64,000 nucleotides of DNA. Source: an uncultured Thermoplasmata archaeon. Lineage in GTDB: Archaea; Thermoplasmatota; Thermoplasmata; UBA10834. Below, in pieces: positions 20,692 through 34,603 of this stretch; within the stretch, counting starts at the first letter, position 1, and every line of letters starts with the position of its first letter. The notes under the pieces were generated by a model that was not told where the DNA came from, made no database searches, and worked only from the letters and a program-made list of their open reading frames with translations. The translations under genes were made by a program, and so were the position numbers. The DNA lies in contig CAVRDX010000001.1 of the NCBI GenBank assembly GCA_963719945.1, positions 96,001 through 160,000 on the forward strand, in the 5' to 3' direction.

Positions 20692-21687
20692 TCATTCCGC
20701 CGCTCTGCCGATTTTGAATATGTTCAGCAATCCTAAGCCGACCAATGCTGTCGCCACGAAGCCCAGGATGCCTGCGAACAGGGCAGCGAAATAGGTCTCG
20801 CCGTATTCGAAAGGTGAGGTCAGCACGGCATCTCCCTCGTCCACGCCCGCGTCCTCCATCGTCTTCTCGAGCCCATCCGCACCCTCGCTCGAGTACATGA
20901 AGTACAGTGGGAGTGCCAGAGCGAACACTATCAGCACCGCTACGGTCGCTTGGGCTATCTTGGATGTCATGATGCCTTTGAGTCCGGGTACAGCCACCTT
21001 CTTTTCAGATAATGATCTGAACGCGTTGGGGGATACGCTGAGCACATAGGCCGCGACAGCTACGGTTATTATTGCCTCGCCTATCGCTATTATCACATGG
21101 TAGCCGAGCATCGCGGGGATGGAAACAGTCGCGGCTATGCCGTATGCGCCATCGGATATCGCATAGCTGACTGCCAGCTCAGCAGCGCAGGCAGATGCGG
21201 AGACAAATACGGACGCCCATGCGCCCACGCCTATAGCGATGGCTGTGCCGAGGTTCATCTTTCCATGTTTGGTAGCGCCCTTGAGACCGGCCAGGAATGG
21301 CTGGACAAGTGTGTAGACTCCCCATCCCGTCAATGGAGCTATGATGGCCATATTGGTGGCGTTGAGCCCGAAAGCAGTGATGCCTCCATCTCCGAACATC
21401 AGAGCCTGTATCAACAGGATGACCGTCATGCCGACCATCGCGATGACTGGTCCTGCCAGGATCGCGAACAGAGCAGCGCCCACCAAGTGGCCGGTTGTGC
21501 CGCCACCTATCGGGAAGTTGAGCATCTGAGCCACGAATATCCCTGCCGAGAGGACTGCTATCCTCGGGAGGTCCTTCTCTTTGAATTTCTTCCCGGATAT
21601 CAGTAGTGCGACTGCGATCACGACCATGAATTCAATCCAGCCGATGGCTGAAACCATCGGATCCATCAAACCGTCTGGTATGTGCAT
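20692..21687 (-). CDS. cbiM: Ni/Co ECF substrate-binding component, CbiM/NikM fused to an N-like (DGLE) domain
   Basis: MHIPDG N-terminus, GTTGH, QALMFGDGG, DGLE. Confidence 0.9.
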   Translation of the reverse strand: MHIPDGLMDPMVSAIGWIEFMVVIAVALLISGKKFKEKDLPRIAVLSAGIFVAQMLNFPIGGGTTGHLVGAALFAILAGPVIAMVGMTVILLIQALMFGDGGITAFGLNATNMAIIAPLTGWGVYTLVQPFLAGLKGATKHGKMNLGTAIAIGVGAWASVFVSASACAAELAVSYAISDGAYGIAATVSIPAMLGYHVIIAIGEAIITVAVAAYVLSVSPNAFRSLSEKKVAVPGLKGIMTSKIAQATVAVLIVFALALPLYFMYSSEGADGLEKTMEDAGVDEGDAVLTSPFEYGETYFAALFAGILGFVATALVGLGLLNIFKIGRAAE

Positions 21688-21700
21688 CTCATCTTCTCCC

Positions 21701-21749
21701 GTAATACATTTTGTTAATTTCGTAATACCGAATTGCGACGAAGTATTTA
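21701..21749. promoter_or_regulatory. Candidate NikR operator
   Basis: GTAATAC-N14-GTAATAC-N14-GTATTTA (21-bp period) between the divergent cbiM and nikR genes. Confidence 0.6.
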
Positions 21750-21815
21750 TCTGTTCGCAAGCGCGCGCATCCACGCAGGCGAATCATTATGTCGCACCTT
21801 CCCAATCCAAGGGCG

Positions 21816-22229
21816 ATGGCCAGGAAGGAAAGGGTGTCTCTCAGCATAGAAAGCGATCTGATCAAGGAGTTCGATTCGATAGCCAACGGTCTGGGCCATC
21901 CGACGCGCTCAAAAGCCGTTGGCGAAGCCATGAGGGAGTTCGTCGCAAAGAAGAAGTGGGACATGGCTGGGAAAGGCATCGTGCCAGGGGTCATACTGGT
22001 GACATACGATCATCACTCTCGAGGAGTCAACAACGCCCTGACCGAACTCCAGCACGACTATCCTGATGTCGTAAACGCGACGATGCACGTCCACCTGTCG
22101 AAGCACACATGCCTCGAGGTGATAGCCTTCAAGGGGGAGGCCGACCGTGTCCGGTCTTTGGCGAGGACTCTGCAGTCTCAGAAGGGTGTCCTCGATCTCA
22201 AATTGATTTCCGCCCCATCATCTAGATGA
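21816..22229 (+). CDS. nikR: Nickel-responsive regulator NikR
   Basis: RHH N-terminus RVSLSI..RSKA, YDHH, QH, HVHL, CLE. Confidence 0.95.
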   Translation: MARKERVSLSIESDLIKEFDSIANGLGHPTRSKAVGEAMREFVAKKKWDMAGKGIVPGVILVTYDHHSRGVNNALTELQHDYPDVVNATMHVHLSKHTCLEVIAFKGEADRVRSLARTLQSQKGVLDLKLISAPSSR

Positions 22230-22324
22230 ATTACATGGGTTGAACTAAAACGGTGCAACTGATTGCATACTGACCATGTTCTGTTCAATCATCGTTGAAT
22301 CAAATAGTGGATGGGCTTCGGTCC

Positions 22325-22918
22325 TCAATGGCCCCCTATGAGTATGAGTACGATAGCCGTCCCAAGCCCTGCTATCACGAACCTCAAGCCTGTGTAGACA
22401 ATCATCTCTTTGATCAGGCTGCCGAGGTATGCGCCGAGGAAGAACAGGAAGCAGAGCGTGACGATCGTTCCGGTCACGACCGCTTCATCGAGGGTCATGA
22501 AGAAGAACGGAATCAGAGGGACGAAAGCGGCCAAGAGCGGGGCGATCCCATGCACCAACGCGCTCACGGCTATGCTCACGTTCATCGCATCCTTCCTCGT
22601 GCCCTCCACATTGCTGAGCATGGCCTTCTCAAGGTTCTTGTGGCTGAGCATATGCTCGACCCTCTCAGCCTCATAGGCCCCCACCGCGCTTGACACGGCA
22701 AGCGCGACACCGGCCGCCAGGCCAGTGGCCAATATCAGTTGCTGCGCGATCTCCGGATGCACGCCTGTCTCAGCAGCATACGCCCCCAAGATGACCCCTA
22801 GAATAGTCAAAGCGCCATCGAACGCACCTATGACGAAGTATCTCCTGGCGATAGAGCCTGACTTCGTCAGCTCGAAATGGAACCTCATCCTTTTCAGCGA
22901 TTCAGAGAATCTTGACAT
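22325..22918 (-). CDS. VIT1/CCC1-like membrane protein
   Basis: RRYFVIGAFDGALT, GAYEAE, PLIPF. Confidence 0.75.
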   Translation of the reverse strand: MSRFSESLKRMRFHFELTKSGSIARRYFVIGAFDGALTILGVILGAYAAETGVHPEIAQQLILATGLAAGVALAVSSAVGAYEAERVEHMLSHKNLEKAMLSNVEGTRKDAMNVSIAVSALVHGIAPLLAAFVPLIPFFFMTLDEAVVTGTIVTLCFLFFLGAYLGSLIKEMIVYTGLRFVIAGLGTAIVLILIGGH

Positions 22919-22925
22919 CTGTCAC

Positions 22926-25622
22926 TCACTCTTTCTCCAGGGCTTCCTTGGCCGAAGCGACCGCAGAATCGAGCGCCTCCTCGATCCTGGTCGTCTCAGG
23001 TCCACCACCCTGGGCGAAATCTGGTTTGCCCCCTCCGGAGCCGCCGACCATCTCCATGGTCTTCTTTATCAGAGGTCTGCAGTCCATGGCCACGTCCTCG
23101 CTCCTGGCTATCACGATCTTCGCGCCACCCTGGTCCGATCCCAACACAGCAACCGTCTTGGGTTGTGCGATCAACTGCTTCGCCAGACTGACCAGGTGCT
23201 TCATGTCCTCCGACTGCAGGTGTCTGATGATCCTGATCCCATTGACCTGTAATGCCTTCTTGACAAGGTCCTCGACCGTCTCGCCGACGAGCCCCTTCTT
23301 TACGGAATCCAACTCCTTCCTCAGCTCCTTCCAATCGGCTACGAGCTTGTCTACCGCCTCGGACATGTTCTCTGGGCTGGAGTTGAGTTTGACGCTGACA
23401 TCTCTGACCTCGTTCCAGACGGACATCATCTTCTCGATCGATGCCATGCCCGCAGTGAACTCCACCCTCACGACGCCATCCTGGATGCGTTTCGTGCCCA
23501 GGATCTTGATCGCTCCTACCTCGAGCGTATTCTTGCAGTGTATGCCGCCGCACGCCTCGACGTCGAAGTCTCCGATCTTCACAACTCTGAGCTCCTTGCC
23601 GGGAACAGCACCTCCCTGGTACAGCCTGAACCCGTGCCTCTTCTCCGCAAGCGTCCTTTCCATGAACGAGCTCTGGACCTTGGTCCCCGATAGGACGGTC
23701 TCGTTGGCTATCGTCTCGATCTTCTCGAGCTCATCCTTTGTAAGGTCGGCGTAGTGTGTGATGTCCAGTCTGGCTGCGTCAGAAGCTTTGTGCGCTCCTG
23801 TCTGCCATATATGGTTGCCGAGAACGCTCCTCGCTGCACCGTTTATTATGTGCGTGGCGGTGTGATGGCGCTGGAGTCGTCTCCTCCTTTTCTCGTCTAT
23901 CGTGCATGTGATCAGCTTGCCTACCTTGGCCTGCATCTCGCCTTCGACCTTGTGGACGACTACGTTGCCTATCTTGTCGACATGGACGACCTTCATGTCC
24001 TTCATGGTGCCAGTATCGCTTTCCTGGCCCCCGCTCTCCGCGTAGAAACAGGTCTTGTCGAGTACGACGAGATCGTTCACTATCGCGAGGACCTTCGCCC
24101 TGAACTTGTATTTGTACGGATCCTTGAAGAACAGCTGCTTGGTTGCAGGAAGGTCCTTGGGAAGCTGCACCCCGGCAATTACCTCCTCAATATCCTTCGT
24201 CTTGGCGTGTCTAGCTGCCACACGCTTGTAGAAGTCGTCTGGGACGTCCACCTTGGAGTTGGCAAATTCTGCCACCACCTCGGGATTGAGTCCATGTGAG
24301 TCGTATAGCTCGATCAGTTCCGCATCGGAGATCCCTTTGCCTTCCTTATGGAGCGATTCCTCGAGCCGTTTGACGATGCTCTTCCCCTTGACCAGCGTCT
24401 CATGATACTTGTCTTGCTCGACATCCACCAACTTCAGTATCTCGTCCTTGTTCTCCTTGAGGTCTGGGAAGTCCTTGGAGAAATAATCCACTTGTAGTGC
24501 CACTATCTCGGACAGCTTCTCCTCGATGCCCAGCTGAGACATCTCACGGAGCGCGCGTCTCACGAGCAACCGTCCGAAGTATCCCTGCCTAACATTCGAG
24601 GGCACGACGCCGTCGCTGAGCATGAACATGAGCGCCCTGGTATGGTCGCATATCACGTACATGCTCTCGAAGGGTTTGATGAACCTCATGAAATCGTCAA
24701 CGTTCATACCTAGTCTGGCCGCGGTGTCAGCTCTGAGTTCCCTCACATCGGCTGCGGTCTCGATCTTCAGAGATCCCGCGACCTTCGAGTACTCGGCCAA
24801 TGCCTTGTCATCCACTTTTGTGCCAGAGAGTTCCTTGAGCTTGCCGAGCACGGATCCGAAAACGGCCTCGTACGCGGATGGTGTACCCTGGGACATCCAG
24901 GTGAGTCTCTCAAGACCGTATCCTGTGTCTACCACTTGCATGTCGAGTGGTTTCAGATTACCGTTCTCTGTGGCGTAAGCCATGAACACGAGCGTGGCGA
25001 CCTCCACTCCGCCGAGAAGGACTTCAAGGCATGGTCCGGCATTGCCTCCTCCCTCCCACCAGGCCTCAGAATAGTTGACCGCCTTGGGATCGAGTCCCTG
25101 GACCTTTGTGAGGAACTCGTGGCAGAGCTCCGTCGTACGGTCCTTCCAGTAGACTTCTTTCCCCTTCTTGTTGAAGACGTGGTGTGCCATCATCTCGAAC
25201 ATGGTGAGATGAGAGCCCGTCTTGCCCACATTGTCGATATCGTTGAATCTGACGCAGGTCTGTGATATGCCCAAGGGGTTCGCTGGCGGCTCGACCACTC
25301 CCTGTATGACCCACGGCTGGAACCCATAGATGCTCGCCTGTGTGAAGAATACATCATCTCTCCATCTGGCAGTGATCGGATACCTGCCGATTCTCGTGTG
25401 CCCCTCCTTCTCTAGGAAAGACAGGAAGCTCTCCCGCATCTCATGGACGCTGAGCTTCTCCTTGAAGAGAGGTTTGCCGATGAATGTGTATTCGACGCAA
25501 GGCGCCTCGCCGCATGTCTCGCTGTCCCCCAGGGTCCAGTAGAACTTGCCACACTTCTTGCATTGCTTCCGCTGGAAGCCGTTGCTCTTGAAGAACTCGA
25601 GCTCGTAATCCTTGGGTTCCAT
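22926..25622 (-). CDS. alaS: Alanine--tRNA ligase (archaeal type)
   Basis: RWRDD, HLTMFEM, DTGYGLER, HTATH, ACGGIH, GGGKPDFAQGGG. Confidence 0.98.
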   Translation of the reverse strand: MEPKDYELEFFKSNGFQRKQCKKCGKFYWTLGDSETCGEAPCVEYTFIGKPLFKEKLSVHEMRESFLSFLEKEGHTRIGRYPITARWRDDVFFTQASIYGFQPWVIQGVVEPPANPLGISQTCVRFNDIDNVGKTGSHLTMFEMMAHHVFNKKGKEVYWKDRTTELCHEFLTKVQGLDPKAVNYSEAWWEGGGNAGPCLEVLLGGVEVATLVFMAYATENGNLKPLDMQVVDTGYGLERLTWMSQGTPSAYEAVFGSVLGKLKELSGTKVDDKALAEYSKVAGSLKIETAADVRELRADTAARLGMNVDDFMRFIKPFESMYVICDHTRALMFMLSDGVVPSNVRQGYFGRLLVRRALREMSQLGIEEKLSEIVALQVDYFSKDFPDLKENKDEILKLVDVEQDKYHETLVKGKSIVKRLEESLHKEGKGISDAELIELYDSHGLNPEVVAEFANSKVDVPDDFYKRVAARHAKTKDIEEVIAGVQLPKDLPATKQLFFKDPYKYKFRAKVLAIVNDLVVLDKTCFYAESGGQESDTGTMKDMKVVHVDKIGNVVVHKVEGEMQAKVGKLITCTIDEKRRRRLQRHHTATHIINGAARSVLGNHIWQTGAHKASDAARLDITHYADLTKDELEKIETIANETVLSGTKVQSSFMERTLAEKRHGFRLYQGGAVPGKELRVVKIGDFDVEACGGIHCKNTLEVGAIKILGTKRIQDGVVRVEFTAGMASIEKMMSVWNEVRDVSVKLNSSPENMSEAVDKLVADWKELRKELDSVKKGLVGETVEDLVKKALQVNGIRIIRHLQSEDMKHLVSLAKQLIAQPKTVAVLGSDQGGAKIVIARSEDVAMDCRPLIKKTMEMVGGSGGGKPDFAQGGGPETTRIEEALDSAVASAKEALEKE

Positions 25623-25753
25623 CCAGGTTCTGGATGAGTCTTCAGAATATAACGGTTTTCGTCCTGGGATGCGCAGGGGGGCCTTCGATCAATTATTGGG
25701 CAACCCAGACGGGGTTATATAGCGATGAGTTGTTCGATTCGATTGGTTTGTGG

Positions 25754-27736
25754 ATGGAGTCGAAATCTGTTCGTATTGAGGTGCTCCCAATTCTGGGAGC
25801 TACATTATGTCTGGTCGCACTCGCATTCTTCAAATGGGAGGAGCGAGGGGAATTCTATGACGGAACGGGTTTCTCCGTACTTTACTCGGATTTCCTCCCT
25901 TCAATCGTATTGATTGTGCTTGCTGGAGCCGTGATTTCGTATGTCAATTCCGTCGGCTGGATAGCGATATGCGGCGGCGTTTCGATCTATTACATCCACG
26001 CGACATCGGTTTCCGATTGGCTGATCACAAACTCTTATGAAAATCACATGTCTCCAACGAGCCTCGGCCCTCTTCTGGCGACATTGGCTGGATTCACCGT
26101 GCTGATAGGGTTTTTCAGGCCAGTATCACTGTGTCTGCCTATTCGCTACCATGAGATTCGCTTCAGGATCCTTTCAATCATTCCACATGATACCCATCGA
26201 GATACGTCTCGAGGCCCAGGTAGCCATAGGTTTCATCATCTCGTCGAAAGGGTGAACCTCCTTAGCATTGCTGGCGCCTTCATTGGATTGCTATCACTGA
26301 CGTTCATATGGGCCAGATATCGCATAATTGAAGATGGGAGGGATATGACACAATGGTTTGTCTTGAAGTCAGATACTGACCTATACTCGTCTTTGGGCAA
26401 TCTATTATTCAATTCAATGGGCTCGTATGATTCGATTTGGTTGCATGTCAGTGGATGGTGTGTTCTGGTTGGGTCGTTGATGGCACTATTCACAATCATT
26501 GGTGGAACCGTTCAGCTGCTCGGAGCATCGATATTTGCATTGGATTTTGCGAATTCTCAATCCATTTATCCTATCCCAGACAGCACTCGCTATGTTGGTG
26601 ATCCCGCATTCGGCCTGGGGCTGTATCTCTGCTACATCGGAGGCATACTCGTGATATCTTCCGCCGTGCTAATGTGGGTTGGTCGATCTCACAACCAGTC
26701 TCTCTCACGCAGTCCTTTGACCTTTGCCATCATCCCTAGAAACGAACCTTCTCAATTACAGACAGGACCCTCTATCCGTGGAGTGCGTGCCCCTGTGAAT
26801 GTCAATATTCTATGTCTTCTTGGGGCCGCCCTGGCCATCTCGTCCTTGTTTCAGGCATGGATTGTGCGAAACGACATTTCATACATCCCACTTTCTATCT
26901 TCCATCTACCACTTGTTCTATTTGGCCTGGATTTTCTCATACCATTTGTGATACTCTTCATGATCGGTGCAGCATTCTCCTTGCTTTCTCCTATCGGAGG
27001 TTTCGTGCAATTAATTGGGTTGATCGGATTCGCGATGATGATGTCTTCTGGATACGATGACGCTGATTTGCACATCGGATATGGCTTCCTGATCGCGATA
27101 TTCGCCTGCGCATTCACCATAATGAGCGGGTTCGTTGTCCTCGAGAAACAGATTCCAAATTCGAAGATCCCGTTGTTGTCATCTCTTGCCACTGTAGGCG
27201 CGTCCGACCTCAAATCTGAGGCTGGAAGGACTGTATCGAGGGTGAAGTTGCATATGTCCAGATACTCTATGAGAGGTCTAAGAGTCAATGCCCTCTGTCT
27301 CATTGGTGCAATCATCGGTCTTCTCGCGCTCTCTCTGGATTGGTCATCCCTGTCCCTTGGCAACGTTGGATTCAGCGATAGCCCACTTTGGGTGTTTGAA
27401 AGCTCACTACGCTCGTATTCGATTACCGTATTCTTATCCCATTTCTGGTTCGCAATACCATTTGCCATGGGCGTGTTGATCGCATTCTACTCTCCTATCG
27501 GAGGACTTTTGGAGGGAGCAGGATTGCTTCTATTCCTTGAAGAATTCCGATTTCATTCATATGCATATTCAGGTATACCGACCTACACTACATTCTCCAT
27601 CGGGTTCACACTTGCTGTGATGTCATTCATACTAGTGATATCCTCAATCGTGTTCCCGTACGGCCTAGCCAAGAAGGATACTCATCCATGGTTCCTTGAC
27701 CGATTATTCGTGTGGAGGATTTCGAATGTGGGATGA
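25754..27736 (+). CDS. Polytopic membrane protein with four internal repeats
   Basis: Long hydrophobic ORF; recurring (R/N)VN.L...GA...L.L...W and SPIGG motifs. Confidence 0.65.
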   Translation: MESKSVRIEVLPILGATLCLVALAFFKWEERGEFYDGTGFSVLYSDFLPSIVLIVLAGAVISYVNSVGWIAICGGVSIYYIHATSVSDWLITNSYENHMSPTSLGPLLATLAGFTVLIGFFRPVSLCLPIRYHEIRFRILSIIPHDTHRDTSRGPGSHRFHHLVERVNLLSIAGAFIGLLSLTFIWARYRIIEDGRDMTQWFVLKSDTDLYSSLGNLLFNSMGSYDSIWLHVSGWCVLVGSLMALFTIIGGTVQLLGASIFALDFANSQSIYPIPDSTRYVGDPAFGLGLYLCYIGGILVISSAVLMWVGRSHNQSLSRSPLTFAIIPRNEPSQLQTGPSIRGVRAPVNVNILCLLGAALAISSLFQAWIVRNDISYIPLSIFHLPLVLFGLDFLIPFVILFMIGAAFSLLSPIGGFVQLIGLIGFAMMMSSGYDDADLHIGYGFLIAIFACAFTIMSGFVVLEKQIPNSKIPLLSSLATVGASDLKSEAGRTVSRVKLHMSRYSMRGLRVNALCLIGAIIGLLALSLDWSSLSLGNVGFSDSPLWVFESSLRSYSITVFLSHFWFAIPFAMGVLIAFYSPIGGLLEGAGLLLFLEEFRFHSYAYSGIPTYTTFSIGFTLAVMSFILVISSIVFPYGLAKKDTHPWFLDRLFVWRISNVG

Positions 27737-27764
27737 TTGCCGCCTTATCTCGCCAGGGGGACCG

Positions 27765-28448
27765 ATGATGCCACGATTCGTGTCGCTTCTTGCTATATGG
27801 CTGACGTCGACACTCCTCCTCATCGCCACTCCGTCGCTTGGGAATCCCGGTGTCCCTTCGATCAATCCCCCAGATGATGGATTCCTGCTCCTAGTCAATC
27901 CGAGCGCGACCGCAATCCTTGCACTCATCAATTTCTCAACGGACTTGCTCTGGTTCTCTTCCCTGCTGTTGCTTGCTGGTTATTTCTTCGGTCAAGGTAT
28001 CGGACGGGTGAACAGGGATACTAGGTCATTCGGAGCACTAGTATTGCTTGGCGCATTCATCATCTGCATTGCTGGCGCAATAATCGATGTCTACTTGCTG
28101 ATGGACACGGTCGAAGATCCCTATACCTCGTCAATCAGATACTATGTCCTAACTGAGAATTTGATGTCGTGGGCCATCTCATCGATCCTGATATTTGCCA
28201 GCGTCTATGTGGTGTCAGTATTGATGCTCAAGATCGACTTTCTTTGTGCGCTTGTTCCCTCAGTCGGAATCGGTGTTTTGAATCTGTGTTGGTGGTTCTT
28301 GTGCATGCAGTATCATTTGTCAATCGTGCAGATAACGGTTATAGTTTCGATGATTCTCTGCCCAATCGTGTTGATCCTGCTCTCTCTATGGCACCGAAAG
28401 ACATTCCCTACGAATGATATTGAACGACCCGTCAACATGTCAGAATGA
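27765..28448 (+). CDS. Hypothetical membrane protein
   Basis: Signal-like N-terminus, about five TMs. Confidence 0.55.
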   Translation: MMPRFVSLLAIWLTSTLLLIATPSLGNPGVPSINPPDDGFLLLVNPSATAILALINFSTDLLWFSSLLLLAGYFFGQGIGRVNRDTRSFGALVLLGAFIICIAGAIIDVYLLMDTVEDPYTSSIRYYVLTENLMSWAISSILIFASVYVVSVLMLKIDFLCALVPSVGIGVLNLCWWFLCMQYHLSIVQITVIVSMILCPIVLILLSLWHRKTFPTNDIERPVNMSE

Positions 28449-28464
28449 TGGATGCTATGAGTGA

Positions 28465-29676
28465 TTATGGGCTAAATTCAGGGCCCTTCAGCCTATCCTT
28501 CATGTCAATGACGGAAGTCCCCTCTTTGATCATCTTGGATATCTTCGGCACCCCTTGCTTCGTGCCCAGGATGATAGCGCCAATGATCTTTCCGTCCTGG
28601 ATGACATACTTCTTGTAGATGCTCCCGTCCTCGGTCTGAGCCCTGATCTCTTCAAATCCAGACTCGGGTGTTTCATGCTCGCTCCTCACCTTTCCTATCG
28701 AGGTGAGGTCTAGTCCCATGACCTTGAGCGTGTTGGACGGGACAGTTCCTGTATAATCCGGTGCATTCTGGCCACTTATCTTTCTAGCGGCTATTCGGGC
28801 CTCCTCAAGAGCAGGCGGTATTATCCCCCATACCTTGCCATCGAACTCAGCGACATCCCCGATCGCGTAGATATCTGGATCCGAGGTCCTCAGCGAAGAA
28901 TCCACGACGATCCCTCTGTTGATATCAAGGCCTGCATCTTTCGCGAGTTCGAGGTTCGGTCTCGCTCCTGCGGATACAACGACCATATCACAATCGATGA
29001 TCCTTCCATCCTTGAGTCTCACACCAGTCACCGTCTCTTCACCGAGTATCTCTTCCGTCTCGGCTTTCGTCAGCACGGTCGTACCGAGTTTCTCGATCCA
29101 TCTCTGGAGTATCTGCGCACCTTCGTGGTCCAACTGTCTCATCAACAGATGCTCCGCATACTCAAGTACCGTTATCTTCAATCCAGGAAATCCTGTTGCC
29201 AGAGCCCTTGCTCCCTCCAGACCGAGCAGGCCACCTCCGATCATCACTGCGTTCTTGGAAGTCGCTGCGGCTTCTCTTATCATTATCGCATCGTCCAATG
29301 TCCTCAGAGAGAACACTCTCTTCTTAGGGAGGCCTTTGAATGGTGGAACGAAAGCGCTGGAACCATTTGCAAGTACGAGTTTGTCATAATCGATCCATTC
29401 GTCGTTGACCAAGATCTTCTTGGCTCCTCGATCGATCTTGTCCACCTTCGAATCCAGGATGAGTGTGATGCGGTTCTTGTCATACCATTCGAGTGGATAG
29501 AATTGCATCGCATCTTCGTTCACCTCTCCCGCTACGAAGTCTATCAGTTTCGGGCGAGGATAGTACGACCTACTCTCCTCGGTGAATATTCTGATATCTG
29601 CTTCTTGATCTGCATCACGCAGGGTCTTTGCGAAGTTGGTCCCCGCGACATTGTTCCCTACAACCAGTATCCTCAT
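28465..29676 (-). CDS. FAD-dependent NAD(P)H oxidoreductase (rubredoxin reductase / NirB-N-like)
   Basis: YPRPKL, GGGLLGLE, TSDPDIYAIGD. Confidence 0.9.
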   Translation of the reverse strand: MRILVVGNNVAGTNFAKTLRDADQEADIRIFTEESRSYYPRPKLIDFVAGEVNEDAMQFYPLEWYDKNRITLILDSKVDKIDRGAKKILVNDEWIDYDKLVLANGSSAFVPPFKGLPKKRVFSLRTLDDAIMIREAAATSKNAVMIGGGLLGLEGARALATGFPGLKITVLEYAEHLLMRQLDHEGAQILQRWIEKLGTTVLTKAETEEILGEETVTGVRLKDGRIIDCDMVVVSAGARPNLELAKDAGLDINRGIVVDSSLRTSDPDIYAIGDVAEFDGKVWGIIPPALEEARIAARKISGQNAPDYTGTVPSNTLKVMGLDLTSIGKVRSEHETPESGFEEIRAQTEDGSIYKKYVIQDGKIIGAIILGTKQGVPKISKMIKEGTSVIDMKDRLKGPEFSP

Positions 29677-29837
29677 GCAACCACTACCTCTGGCATCTTG
29701 TCTGCATTTATGGTATTCTCATCCATTAATCTTGTGCCGGCTTGAAAACGGATGATTATTTGTGTTGTCAATCGCCCTGGAAATTCTCAATAAGATTATT
29801 ATTCATGCAATTCTATTCCTGCCCAGAGGAATTGGGC

Positions 29838-30482
29838 ATGAAGTGTGCGAAGTGCGGGTCCGACAATCCAGATTATGCGGTCTTCTGTGGAAAATGCGGA
29901 AATGATTTGCCCAAGGCATCACCGAGCGTGTCCCGTCCACAAGGGACTGATTCAGCGTCCGCGGCGGAACCTCGAGCAGTAGCTCAGTGGGCGAAGACCG
30001 AGACGAAGTTCTGCAGCAAATGCGGGAAGGAGATAAGCGCAAGTTCGTACACCTGCGAATTCTGTGGCCAGCGTCCATGGAGTGATATTGCGACCAAGTG
30101 GGAGCAAGTGTACGACTCACAGTATACATATTCAGACTCAGAATCGTCTTCATCCAGATCTGACTCCAATGGCCCTGTGATCGGTGGGATAATGGCGATA
30201 CTTGCGGGGCTTTTCGCAATAGGTCAGGGATTGCTCTATATTGCTGGCGCTACGATGATTGATGTTCCAGGAGTCGGGTCGCTCTGCTTCTGTGGCGGTG
30301 TCGATTTCGTGTTCGGAATTGCATCAACCATTGGCGGAGCCTTGGCCCTAAAGCGAAGTAATTTCGGGATTGCCATGCTTGGAGCAGTCCTGGGAATGCT
30401 GGGCGTGGGTTTCATAATCGGGTTCTTGTTCGGATTGATTGCGGTGATACTCTTGGCAACATCACACAATGATTTCGATTGA
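29838..30482 (+). CDS. Zinc-ribbon membrane protein
   Basis: CAKCG..FCGKCG, FCSKCG..CEFCG, three to four C-terminal TMs. Confidence 0.7.
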   Translation: MKCAKCGSDNPDYAVFCGKCGNDLPKASPSVSRPQGTDSASAAEPRAVAQWAKTETKFCSKCGKEISASSYTCEFCGQRPWSDIATKWEQVYDSQYTYSDSESSSSRSDSNGPVIGGIMAILAGLFAIGQGLLYIAGATMIDVPGVGSLCFCGGVDFVFGIASTIGGALALKRSNFGIAMLGAVLGMLGVGFIIGFLFGLIAVILLATSHNDFD

Positions 30483-30513
30483 CGCAATGATCCATGAGGG
30501 TTTGTGTAGAGGC

Positions 30514-31188
30514 ATGATAATCTGTGGCAAATGCGGCAAGAATAACCCCGAGGATTCGAGGTTCTGCAACTCGTGTGGTTCCCGGTTTGAGCTACATGAA
30601 GTGCGTCCGGCTATCGAGATGATTCCGGGGGAACAGCCGTGCCCACGATGCGGTAGTGGTGTACCTCCGTACATGGATTTCTGTCCCAAATGCGCTACAT
30701 CATTGACACCGCTGAGACAGCTGCATGAACCAGAACGCAGATGCTCTAAATGCGGAAGAATCCTTGAGCTTGGATCGGATGGATCGACGGTATGCCCCGT
30801 ATGCATATGGGATCGTGCAGATTCGGAAAACGTTACCCAAGAACCAAAGAGCGGCGACAGGCCAATAATCGTTGGGGTCCTGCTTTCAGCGGTGTTCATC
30901 CTGTCGATGATTTCCAGCATCCCCCTGCTACTGGTTTCAGGGAATTTGGAGGATACATCTCCTATCGATGTCTCTGGTTTCGTGACTTGTTGTCTCGTGA
31001 TCATCTGGTTCGCATCGATATCCGCCCTGCTTGGCGCCATACTGTCCTTCAGACGGTCGAATTATACTCTCGTGGTCTTGGCAGCGGCCTTCGGCATGCT
31101 GAGCATCGGTCCGTTCTATCTCGCGTCGTTGTTGAGTCTGATAGCGATGATCATCGCGGCCCTCTCGAAGGATGATTACAGGTCCTGA
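30514..31188 (+). CDS. Zinc-ribbon membrane protein (paralog of the upstream gene)
   Basis: Three CxxC pairs; C-terminal TMs similar to 29838 (RSNY/RSNF, GML). Confidence 0.7.
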   Translation: MIICGKCGKNNPEDSRFCNSCGSRFELHEVRPAIEMIPGEQPCPRCGSGVPPYMDFCPKCATSLTPLRQLHEPERRCSKCGRILELGSDGSTVCPVCIWDRADSENVTQEPKSGDRPIIVGVLLSAVFILSMISSIPLLLVSGNLEDTSPIDVSGFVTCCLVIIWFASISALLGAILSFRRSNYTLVVLAAAFGMLSIGPFYLASLLSLIAMIIAALSKDDYRS

Positions 31189-31270
31189 AGAACGCGGAGC
31201 CATTCACTCGCTGGCATGGCTCACGCTAACTCATAAAAAATGAGAAGCTTGGAAGGAAACAGCAGATATC

Positions 31271-34286
<3,016 letters not shown>

Positions 34287-34603
34287 TCGGTATTCACCGG
34301 GGCCCGCAGGTCCTTCCGTCCCGTTGCCCCTCAACCATCTTCCCCGGTCCATAAATGGCCGAGTGCACGATTCCCCATCCTTATACAAGACGACGATTCC
34401 ATACATAGGAATTGTGCCTCGCCATAGGCTGGGGTATCCCGCTATGTTTGGTCCTGTATAAAAGCGTTGCCGTGCCTGTTTGAAACCCCATAATCGACGA
34501 TGGCAAACGGGTCGGCATCGCTATCGTTTATCGACATCGACCGAAACACCGAAATGTTGATTTGTCCAGTCGTTCATGGCGCATTAGGATGGGGTGAGAT
34601 TTA

